A stretch of DNA of 64,000 nt, from positions 1 to 64,000 of IMG/VR virus record IMGVR_UViG_3300036800_000175. The stretch is one strand, 5' to 3'. Shown here piece by piece: positions 26,012 to 34,427 of this stretch (positions are counted from its first letter, which is position 1; the number at the start of each line of letters is the position of its first letter). The notes below the pieces were generated by a model. That model was not told where the DNA came from, ran no database searches, and worked only from the letters and a program-made list of their open reading frames with translations. The stretch comes from a virus. The position numbers and the translations under genes were made by a program.

Positions 26012-26497
26012 ATGGCATCCACCTTCGGGGACCGGATCGACATCCTCAAGGAACTGGCCGGCTCCGGTGACCTGGACGGTGCCGTCGTGGTCGACCAAAT
26101 CTATGCACGGGCGCAGCACGAGGGTTTGGATTTCCGGCATCCGCGCGGCGGGCAGGCGCTGTACCTGCAAGAGCCGATGATGGACCATTTCCGCGATTAC
26201 CTCGGCCGGTACGCCAGCACGGTGCTGGACGACGGTGGTGTCCCCGCGATGATCGACGCGATGGAAGCCCTGGCCGAGGAAGACGGCGTCGCCCTGCACG
26301 CCCCGGTGCTGTACGCGAACCTGCGGGCGTCGGGGCATCCGATCGTCACCGACGACGGGCATGTTGTCTACGACAGGGCCCCGCGGCAGCACCGCCTGTC
26401 TGAGGAGGAACTCAAGGCGATCTACCGGGAACACAACCCGGTCCCGTCGATCTACAGCCTCCGCGAGTTGCGGTTCCTCTGGTCCCGCGGCATCTGA
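26012..26497 (+). CDS. Neck/tail-completion protein (HK97 gp10-like, tentative)
   Basis: YARAQHE..F.HPRGGQALYL..P; synteny. Confidence 0.6.
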   Translation: MASTFGDRIDILKELAGSGDLDGAVVVDQIYARAQHEGLDFRHPRGGQALYLQEPMMDHFRDYLGRYASTVLDDGGVPAMIDAMEALAEEDGVALHAPVLYANLRASGHPIVTDDGHVVYDRAPRQHRLSEEELKAIYREHNPVPSIYSLRELRFLWSRGI

Positions 26498-26928
26498 TGA
26501 GCCACGCCGAGTTGCAGCAGCTGGTCGCCGGCGTGGCCTACAAACCGGGGTGGGCGTTCGCGGTCGTCGGTGGCTGGACGTTCTCCGCTGGCCCGGTCAT
26601 GCAGACCACCGTGCTGCCCGGCCAGCCGGTCAACACCGGCAGCGCTGCGGGCGGCACGTATGCGTGGCCGGATGGTGAGTTGCTGACCCTGGTCATTGAG
26701 ATCGTCACCCCGGACAGTGGCGACCCGTCCCGCACGGTCCTGGTGCAGCACAGGTTCCCCGCCCCACCCGCCCCGCCAGCCGGCGGGTGGCGGCGGTGGC
26801 TACTCGCCCAGATCCTGGCCGTCGAAACCCATGAGGCGTGCGAGTTCTTCCAGCTAGACGGCGGCCGGCCGTTCTACCCGCAGCACGGTCCCGACGCCGA
26901 CCTGTACGCGATCCGCGAGCGGGCCTAA
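26497..26928 (+). CDS. Hypothetical protein, paralog of 4412..4849
   Basis: Shared VETHExCEFF motif. Confidence 0.7.
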   Translation: MSHAELQQLVAGVAYKPGWAFAVVGGWTFSAGPVMQTTVLPGQPVNTGSAAGGTYAWPDGELLTLVIEIVTPDSGDPSRTVLVQHRFPAPPAPPAGGWRRWLLAQILAVETHEACEFFQLDGGRPFYPQHGPDADLYAIRERA

Positions 26929-26961
26929 CCAGCTATCTAGTCCGGGTGGGCGGGTGAGCCG

Positions 26962-27375
26962 GTGGGTCTGACCACGACGGATCTCATCGACTGGCTTACC
27001 GGGCTCGGCTGGGACACCCAGCAGGAAGCCGGCGCGCCGATCCTGATGGGCCCCTACATCCCGCCGACCCCGGACCGGATCGTCGTGATCACCCCCACCG
27101 CGGGCCCGGGGATCGTCCTCGAGGGCGCCGCGGACGCGGGCGCGTTCCAGGCGCGGGTGCGTGGCGGGCAGAACAACCAGGCCGACGCTGAGCAGCTCGC
27201 TGGCCTGCTGGACACCCTGATCCTCAACGCCCCGTTCCCCGTGGTCGTCCCGTCGGGGACGGTGCTGATCCACGCCCACCGGCTCGGGTCCGGGCCGTCA
27301 CCACTGTCCGCGGATCCCGACGACGCCGAGCGGTTCGACTACGTCACCCAATACCTGGCCGTCGCCAGCATCTGA
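26962..27375 (+). CDS. Tail terminator-like protein
   Basis: P.TPDRIVVIT..G, FQARVRG; synteny. Confidence 0.7.
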   Translation: MGLTTTDLIDWLTGLGWDTQQEAGAPILMGPYIPPTPDRIVVITPTAGPGIVLEGAADAGAFQARVRGGQNNQADAEQLAGLLDTLILNAPFPVVVPSGTVLIHAHRLGSGPSPLSADPDDAERFDYVTQYLAVASI

Positions 27376-27432
27376 CCCACCCCGCCGCCCGCTGGCGTGC
27401 CGGGACTTTTTTCCGAATCGGAAGGCAGATCA

Positions 27433-27891
27433 ATGGGCTACGAAACCGACACGCTGAACCTGGCCACCGCGCTCGCCTGCACCGGCACCACCACGCCGGG
27501 CATCTTCACGCCCGGGACAGCCTCGTTCGGGGGCAGCGATTTCGTCCGCGGGGTGATGCGGGTCAAGTTCGCCGCAGTGACCACCGCGCCGACGGCGCTG
27601 TGGCTGCTGCTACAGCACACCGACGGGACCGACTGGTACCCGAACCCGGCCGCCGCGCAGCTGGCCGCGTTCGTGACGGCGCTGTCCGCGAAGGACCCGA
27701 ACAACCCGCCGATCGTCGGCGGTCAGGTGCTGCTGACGGCCGCGCCGGCGACGACCGACCGTTACTCCGTGCCGTTCACCGGGTTCCCGGGCAGCAACTT
27801 CCGGCTGGGTGTCCTCGCGATCGGCGCATCGGCGGCTTTCACGCTGACCGTCCAGGCCGACCTGCAAAAGTACGTCCCCGACAACACCTGA
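27433..27891 (+). CDS. Hypothetical virion protein
   Basis: RBS GGAAGG; beta-rich. Confidence 0.6.
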   Translation: MGYETDTLNLATALACTGTTTPGIFTPGTASFGGSDFVRGVMRVKFAAVTTAPTALWLLLQHTDGTDWYPNPAAAQLAAFVTALSAKDPNNPPIVGGQVLLTAAPATTDRYSVPFTGFPGSNFRLGVLAIGASAAFTLTVQADLQKYVPDNT

Positions 27892-27931
27892 GCCTGCCTG
27901 CCCCTCACCCTGAGAGAAAGGCGGCCCTGCC

Positions 27932-28303
27932 GTGTCCCGTCTTGCCCTGACCGGCCCGATCGTGCTGCCCGGCCCGCAAGGCATCATCCTGCCCGCCGCC
28001 GGGGTGCAGACCGTCGGCGCGAACACTGGTATCAGCTGGGCCGGTAACAACGGCCTCATGTACATCGCCCTGTATATCCCGGCCTCATACACCGGGAACC
28101 TCGTGCAGAACCTCGGCCGGAAAGTCGGCGGGCAGCTGCCCGTCCCGATCACCGTCGCGCTGACCGCGTCCACGAACTACCTGTTCGGGCCGTGGGACGC
28201 CAACGACTACACGCAGCAGGACGGCACCGGGCTCACCAACTTCGACCTGTCCGGCACCAACACCAGCGTCACGGTCACCCTGTATGAGCTCATCCCGGCC
28301 TAG
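27932..28303 (+). CDS. Hypothetical virion protein
   Basis: Beta-rich, in structural operon. Confidence 0.6.
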   Translation: MSRLALTGPIVLPGPQGIILPAAGVQTVGANTGISWAGNNGLMYIALYIPASYTGNLVQNLGRKVGGQLPVPITVALTASTNYLFGPWDANDYTQQDGTGLTNFDLSGTNTSVTVTLYELIPA

Positions 28304-28315
28304 GAGGACCCCGGC

Positions 28316-28675
28316 ATGACCAGTTACAGCATGGCATCGGATCCCGCCTCTGAGGGTGAGGATCAGTCGCAGGCACCGCTGTCCACCCCGGCACCCGCCG
28401 CCGGGGTTGTGCAGCCTGAGCCGGCGACCGGCCCGGCCGCGGCCGCGCCGGCGGCCCCCGCGCCGAAGCCGCCGCCCCACCCGGCGCACGACCCGGGCGA
28501 CCAGGTCACCCTGTACGCCGTCCCGCCGATGGGCACCATGACCGTCCCGCCCCTCGAGGACGACGACAGTGACCCGGTGGTGATCACCCGGTACGGCACC
28601 CAGGTCGACGGTGCCACCGCCGACCGCGCCCACGAGGCGGCGGCGCTCGCCGGGTTCACCCTCCGCGAGGAATAA
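28316..28675 (+). CDS. Hypothetical protein
   Basis: RBS AGGAGG. Confidence 0.6.
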   Translation: MTSYSMASDPASEGEDQSQAPLSTPAPAAGVVQPEPATGPAAAAPAAPAPKPPPHPAHDPGDQVTLYAVPPMGTMTVPPLEDDDSDPVVITRYGTQVDGATADRAHEAAALAGFTLREE

Positions 28676-28715
28676 CCGCCCCCGCACCCCCCTGACCGTC
28701 TGTCTGCCCCTCTCG

Positions 28716-28745
28716 GCCCGCCACCGGCGGGCTTTTTTCATGCCC
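28716..28745 (+). terminator. Terminator-like repeat copy 2
   Basis: GCCCGCC-ACC-GGCGGGC-T6-CATGCCC. Confidence 0.7.
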
Positions 28746-28764
28746 CGGCGAAGGAGACCCACCG

Positions 28765-29373
28765 ATGACAGGCGCACCGCTGCTCTACACCCCGCCGGCG
28801 TACACCGCCGGGAACGTCCTGTACGGCATCGGGGTCCTGTTCACCGCCCCCGTCGGCACCGCCCTCCCGTCGGATCAGAACCTGGGTGTCGGAGCGTCGT
28901 GGATTTCCGGCGGCTGGTCCTACGTCGGCGCCACTGAGCAGGGCGTCAGCCTCAACTACAACCCCAGCACCACCGACATCAAGGTAGAGGAACAGCAGAC
29001 CCCGGTGGCCGCGATCGTGGATGCGGTCACCCTGCAAATCACCACATCGCTGTCTGAGGAAACCCTCGCCAACATCAACCTCAGCTACGGCAACAGCGGC
29101 ACGGTCGCCGTGACCGCCCCCGGCGCGTCGCAGCCCGGCAAGAGCGTGCTGACCCTGTCAACCAACTTCACCAGCCTCGCCGCGGCGATCGTCGGGAAAA
29201 ACCAGCTCGGCTTCGCCCGGGTGCTGTCCGTCCCGATCATCATGTCCGCCGGGGCGGTCAAGACGGACTACCGCAGGGCTGCGAACGCGAGGCTGTATCC
29301 GCTGACGCTGAACGCGATCTGCCCCCTGAGCAGCATCGCTTTCACCGACCTGACCGCGATCGCGACCAGCTGA
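28765..29373 (+). CDS. Major tail tube protein
   Basis: APVGTALP, W.YVGATEQGV, LSEETLANI; precedes chaperone and tape measure. Confidence 0.8.
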   Translation: MTGAPLLYTPPAYTAGNVLYGIGVLFTAPVGTALPSDQNLGVGASWISGGWSYVGATEQGVSLNYNPSTTDIKVEEQQTPVAAIVDAVTLQITTSLSEETLANINLSYGNSGTVAVTAPGASQPGKSVLTLSTNFTSLAAAIVGKNQLGFARVLSVPIIMSAGAVKTDYRRAANARLYPLTLNAICPLSSIAFTDLTAIATS

Positions 29374-29552
29374 CCTCGAGGGAGCCCGCATGTCCAGTCC
29401 GGCTGTGCCCGGCGACACCACACCCAACCCGGCTGCGTCCGTGCCCAAGGTCACGGTCATGGGCCGGTGCCCGCGGTGCGAACGGTGGCCGTGGGAGATC
29501 CCGTGCTCCGGCGTCGCCGGCGGCACCTACTGACCCGGTCCTGACCATCCTG

Positions 29553-29581
29553 GCCCGCCACGGCGGGCTTTTCTCATGCCC
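29553..29581 (+). terminator. Terminator-like repeat copy 3
   Basis: GCCCGCC-AC-GGCGGGC-TTTTCTCATGCCC. Confidence 0.65.
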
Positions 29582-29598
29582 TGACCGAGGGGAATGTC

Positions 29599-30296
29599 AT
29601 GCCTGAGTTCAACGCGCTCGCGGTCGTTGAGCCGCTCAAGTTCGATTTCAACCCGTACTACGACCTGGAAGGCACCATCCCCGAACCGACCGAGGAACAG
29701 CTCGGCCAGTTTTTCACCGACATCATGGCGGTGCAGCAGGCCTCCGCGAAGTCGATGAAGGGGATCGACCCGGCGGCGTCGCCGGAGAAGATGATGGCGG
29801 CGCTGGCGAAACTGCCCGACGGGTCGCTGGCCGCGATGCTGAAACGGATGAACAAACCGTATGCCGCGCTGTGCAGCGGGTTCCCGTCGGAGGAAGACAT
29901 CGGGAAGCTGCCGCCGCGGGTGCGGCTGGCGTTCTTCACCTGGCTCGGCGGTGAGCTCAACCCGGAACACTCCGGCGCCGGTTTGATTCCGGCGCCGACG
30001 ACCGTCAGCTAGCCAACAACCGGCTCATCCTGTACCTGGCCCGCAGCCGCCTGTTCTACGGGCCGGATGAGTGGGGGAGGCTGTCGTGGGCGATGCAACG
30101 CACCTACGTTGAAGGGTTCTACACCGAGGGGCTGCTCGAGCGGCCCGAACCGGAACCCTTCACCGGCGGGGACATGAGCGTCCCCGACGATATCCGCGGG
30201 CTGGCTGGTGAGGGTGGCGGGGAGTACCGCACGGTGACCGCGCCTGAGGTGATCGACATCGACGCGCTGGTCGCGGAACTGGAAGGCCGCCGCTGA
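29599..30296 (+). CDS. Tail assembly chaperone G (29599..30012) with probable -1 frameshift GT extension to 30296
   Basis: -1 frame open from 29955 and protein-like (RLILYLARSRLFYGPDEW) before its first ATG; candidate slip site C CCG GAA at 29961-29967. Confidence 0.7.
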
Positions 30297-30306
30297 AACC
30301 GGCGGC

Positions 30307-30341
30307 CCGGCCCGTCCCTCTTTCCCACAGGGACGGGCCGG
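30307..30341. terminator. Strong hairpin between convergent genes
   Basis: CCGGCCCGTCCCT / AGGGACGGGCCGG 13-bp stem. Confidence 0.6.
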
Positions 30342-30389
30342 GCCGGGACCGGCCGGTGCAACCCGGGTGCCTGGGAGCGTAGCAAAAAA

Positions 30390-30728
30390 TCAGCGGGCGA
30401 GTTCCGCGAGGCCTTGCGCGACGGCGCACGGGGCGCACAACGGCACGTCGACGGGCCCGGTCGCGGGTGAGGTGAACCGGCGGGTCGTGACCGCCTCAAA
30501 CGCCTCGCAGATACCCCGGTCGGCCGGGTGCATCTTCCCGCACCAGCAGTTGCACGGGCGGACGTCCCGCTGCGCCGCAAGCGCGGCGCGCACTGCCGGG
30601 TCGGCCACCGCCCGGGACAGCGCCTCAAACGCCGGGCGCATCCGCTCCGCCCAGTCGGTCATCGCCTGCCCGAACGCGGCCATCAACTGCCGCAGCCCGT
30701 CGGTGGCCGGGCCGTCCGCCTCGCTCAT
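30390..30728 (-). CDS. Cys-rich moron-like protein
   Basis: CNCWC..H..C..CAPC; reverse orientation between chaperone and tape measure. Confidence 0.6.
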   Translation of the reverse strand: MSEADGPATDGLRQLMAAFGQAMTDWAERMRPAFEALSRAVADPAVRAALAAQRDVRPCNCWCGKMHPADRGICEAFEAVTTRRFTSPATGPVDVPLCAPCAVAQGLAELAR

Positions 30729-30769
30729 GCCCTGATCATCCCACGTCAGCGTGAAGGCGGTGAGCCGCT

Positions 30770-33700
30770 GTGGCGTTCGACGCGGGCAGTATCGAAGCTC
30801 ATCTCACCGTCAACCGGGACGACTTCGACCGCACCCTAACCCAGGCGAAAGCCGACGCGGACAGGTGGGCACGCGACCCGGTCACCGTCAAGATCGACGC
30901 GGACGACGACCCGGCCAAAGCCGTTTTCGACGCGGTGGACAAGCGGAAAGCCACCACCGGCAAAGATGTCGCGTTCAAGATCGGCGCTGACGGCGGGCAG
31001 GCCACCACCGAAGCGGACAGGATCCAGGCGAGGAAAGACAAACTCGCCGCGGACGTCAACTTCAAAGTCAGGGCAGACACCGCTGAGGCGACCGGCGACC
31101 TGGTGAAGTTGCAGGCCGAGAAAGACAAGGCTGGCACCGACACCAGTTTCAAGGTCAAAGCCGACGTGGACACGTCCGGGCTGGACGACATCCGCAAAAA
31201 GGTCACGGAACTGTCAGCCGGGCCGTTTGGCCTGCTGAAAACCGCGATCGTCGGGCTCGGCCCCGCCGCAGTTCCGGTCGCGGGGGCGGTCATAGCCGCG
31301 TTCGCGCCGCTGGCACCCGCGATCGGGTCAGCTGCGGTGGGGCTTGAGGCGTTCGGGCAGATCGCCAAACTGGCGCTCACCCCCGCCGCGACCGCCGCGA
31401 CCGCCGTGTATAAGGCGCAGAACACCTACAACACGGCCGTCGCGTCCGGCACGAAACAGGCCACCGCGTACGCGACTGAGCAGAAAGCCATCGCCACCGC
31501 CTACGCCGGCATGTCGGCGCAGCAGATCACCCTGTCCAAGCAGGTCGGTGTTCTGGAAGCCGGGTGGCGGAGCACCCTGAAAGCTGTCACGCCGCTGGTG
31601 TCGTCCGCGCTGACGCCGTGGCTGAAAGACGTGCAGGGGCTGCTTGGCTATATCAAGCCGCTGATCGCCCCCATCGCCACCGATTTCCAGGCGTGGGGTG
31701 TGCAACTCGGCCGGGCGCTGGACGGCAACCAGGCCAAGATCAAGTCGTTTATTGACCTGTTCGCGGCCCGGTCCGCCGGCAACATCGCCTCCTTTGGTGA
31801 CGCCCTGATCTCGTTCGCGAAGGGCGCCGGGGCGCTGATCCACGACATTGCCCCGGAGCTGGGCGGGGCGGCGAACGGGATAGCCGGCCTGGCGGCGTCG
31901 TTCGACGGGTGGGCGTCCAGCCAGAAAGCCGCCGACGACATCAAAGGGTTTTTCACCTGGGCCCGGGCTGAAACACCTCTCGTCAGGCAGTTCCTCGACG
32001 CCCTCACCGGGTCGGTCGGGAACCTGCTCAAGGCACTGGCTTTCTCTGGTGGCGGGGATCTGCGGGTCCTGACAACCGCGTTGCAGGCCATCTCAGCCCT
32101 GCCACCCGGCGCGATCGTCGCGATCGCGGACGCCTACCTGGCCATCAGCGTCGGCCTCCGCGCCGCGACCCTGGCCATGGGCGCGTGGAACATCGCGTCC
32201 ACCATCGCCAAAGGCATCCAGGCGGCCCTGTCCGATGAGATCAAGGTAACCGGCGCGGCGCTGGTCATCCAGAAGATCGCGACCCTGGCCATAGCCGCCG
32301 CTGACGCCGTGGTGGACGCCGCGGAAACCATTTACATCGCCCTCATGCTCGTCGCGGACGCCGTGTCCCTGCCCCTGATCGCGGTCATCGGCGCGATCGT
32401 CCTGGCCGCCGCCGCCCTGGCGTTCGGGATCTATGAGCTGGTCACCCACTGGACCACCGTGTGGCACGCCATCCTCGCCGTGACCCAGGTCGTGTGGAAC
32501 TGGATCAAGGGGAACTGGCCGCTGCTGGTCGGGATCCTGCTGGGGCCGGTCGCCACGGCCGCTGTCCTGATTTACCAGCACTGGAACACGATCAAAAACG
32601 ACGCGATCGACGTGTGGGATGCGATCAAGTCGTTCTTCACCGGCTGGTGGTCCGGTGAGGTCGCGTCCTGGAAATCCACCCTCAACACGGTCACCGGGAT
32701 TTTCCGGAGCGCCTGGAACACGGTCTCCTCGGATGCCAGGTCGGTTTGGAATGCCATCAAATCGTTCTTCACCGGCTGGTGGTCGGCGGAGGTCTCCGGG
32801 TGGAAGACGATCATCTCCCAGTTCACCGGGTTCTTCCGGGCGGCATGGAACACGGTGAAGTCCGACGCCCAGTCCATCTGGAACGCCATCAAAAGCTTTT
32901 TCTCCGGCTGGTGGACCACTGAGGTCGCGGGCTGGCGGGCCACGATCGCGACGGTAACCGGCATTTTCCGCAACGCGTGGAACGCCATTTACAGCGACAT
33001 CAAATCGTCGTGGGGCCAGATCAAATCGTGGTTCGGGTCGTTCTGGTCAAGCCTCGAATCCGGGTTCAACACCGTCGTCGGCCGGATCAAAACCATCTGG
33101 AAAGGTTTTCAGACCGACATTTCCGCGCCCGTCAACTGGGTGATCAGCAACGTGTACGACAAGTACATTGTCCGGTTCTGGAACGACGTCGCCGGGGCGG
33201 TCGGCCTGCCGAAGTTGAAGGGCCTCGCGGAAGGCGGCATCGTTCCCGGCGGGTACAGCCGGTCCGACAACCAGCTCATGTGGATGCGGTCCGGGGAAGG
33301 CGTGTTGCAGCCCGGTGCGGTCGACGCGCTCGGCGGCCCGGGGTTCATCCACTGGGCCAACGCCAAATACGGGGACCTGGGTGCCGGGCAGAACGCCCCC
33401 GGGCATTTCCAGTTCGGCGGGATCTTCCACGACATCGGCAGTCTCCTGTCCAGCCCCATCCGCGAAGTGCTGTCCATCGGGAAAACCCTTGAGCACGCGG
33501 TCGATGACGGGGTCCTCGCCCCGTTTAAGGCCATCACCAGGATCATGGTCAACGACCTGGCGAAAATTCCTGGGCCCAAGGGTGACGGCATGGTCGGCAT
33601 CATGCAGAAGATGCCGCTGAAAATGTGGGACGGGTTCGTCAGCTGGGTCGGGAACCATCTCCCGTTCGCCAGTAGCGGCAGTGGTGGCGCGTCCGGGCCC

Positions 33701-34345
33701 GGGTCGGCTAAAGGCAACGCCATCACCGATTTCGCGGAACGATACCTCGGCACGCCGTATGTGTGGGGCGGGACGAGTCCCAGCGGCTGGGACTGCTCGG
33801 GGTTCACAGAGTTCGTGTATGACCATTTCGGGTGGACCCCGCCGCGGACATCAGAGGAACAGTTCGGCTGGGTGAAACGCATCGCCGCGCCGGTGCCTGG
33901 TGCTTTGGCGTTTTTCGCCGGGTCACCCATCGACCCGCCGCCCGGGCATGTGGGGATTGTCACCAGCCCCAACACGATGATCGACGCCTATGGCACGGGT
34001 TACGGCACGATCTACAACACGATCAACGGCAGTTCCGGCACGGTGATGGGGTTCGGCATCCCGCCGTCCGGATTCAAGTTCGATGACGGCGGGTGGCTGC
34101 AACCCGGCGCGAGCCTGGTGGTCAACACCACGGGCCGGCCAGAGCCGGTACTGACGGGTGAGCAGTGGGGCGCGGTCATCGGCGGCGGCCCGGCGACTGA
34201 GCGGCTGGACGCGATCATCGCCCACCTGGGGGCCCTGGTCAACGCGACCGCAGCAGGGCCGTCCGCGACCGCGGGCGGCCTGGGCCAGGTGCTGAACAGC
34301 ACCGCCCGCAACGCAGCGTTCCGCAACCGCTACCGCACCCGCTAG
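30770..34345 (+). CDS. Tape measure protein with C-terminal NlpC/P60 peptidase
   Basis: 1191 aa, Trp-periodic repeats; YLGTPYVWGG..DCSGF..GHVGI. Confidence 0.9.
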   Translation: MAFDAGSIEAHLTVNRDDFDRTLTQAKADADRWARDPVTVKIDADDDPAKAVFDAVDKRKATTGKDVAFKIGADGGQATTEADRIQARKDKLAADVNFKVRADTAEATGDLVKLQAEKDKAGTDTSFKVKADVDTSGLDDIRKKVTELSAGPFGLLKTAIVGLGPAAVPVAGAVIAAFAPLAPAIGSAAVGLEAFGQIAKLALTPAATAATAVYKAQNTYNTAVASGTKQATAYATEQKAIATAYAGMSAQQITLSKQVGVLEAGWRSTLKAVTPLVSSALTPWLKDVQGLLGYIKPLIAPIATDFQAWGVQLGRALDGNQAKIKSFIDLFAARSAGNIASFGDALISFAKGAGALIHDIAPELGGAANGIAGLAASFDGWASSQKAADDIKGFFTWARAETPLVRQFLDALTGSVGNLLKALAFSGGGDLRVLTTALQAISALPPGAIVAIADAYLAISVGLRAATLAMGAWNIASTIAKGIQAALSDEIKVTGAALVIQKIATLAIAAADAVVDAAETIYIALMLVADAVSLPLIAVIGAIVLAAAALAFGIYELVTHWTTVWHAILAVTQVVWNWIKGNWPLLVGILLGPVATAAVLIYQHWNTIKNDAIDVWDAIKSFFTGWWSGEVASWKSTLNTVTGIFRSAWNTVSSDARSVWNAIKSFFTGWWSAEVSGWKTIISQFTGFFRAAWNTVKSDAQSIWNAIKSFFSGWWTTEVAGWRATIATVTGIFRNAWNAIYSDIKSSWGQIKSWFGSFWSSLESGFNTVVGRIKTIWKGFQTDISAPVNWVISNVYDKYIVRFWNDVAGAVGLPKLKGLAEGGIVPGGYSRSDNQLMWMRSGEGVLQPGAVDALGGPGFIHWANAKYGDLGAGQNAPGHFQFGGIFHDIGSLLSSPIREVLSIGKTLEHAVDDGVLAPFKAITRIMVNDLAKIPGPKGDGMVGIMQKMPLKMWDGFVSWVGNHLPFASSGSGGASGPGSAKGNAITDFAERYLGTPYVWGGTSPSGWDCSGFTEFVYDHFGWTPPRTSEEQFGWVKRIAAPVPGALAFFAGSPIDPPPGHVGIVTSPNTMIDAYGTGYGTIYNTINGSSGTVMGFGIPPSGFKFDDGGWLQPGASLVVNTTGRPEPVLTGEQWGAVIGGGPATERLDAIIAHLGALVNATAAGPSATAGGLGQVLNSTARNAAFRNRYRTR
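32582..32977 (+). repeat. Three 132-bp (44-aa) tandem repeats in tape measure
   Basis: WNT...WxAIKSFFxGWW units starting at 32582, 32714, 32846. Confidence 0.85.
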
Positions 34346-34427
34346 CCCTCAGCCGGGCCGGGCAACCGCCTGCCAGCTCGCCAGCCATCCGCTCTCCCTT
34401 CCCTAGACCCAAAACCCGGGGGGGCGT

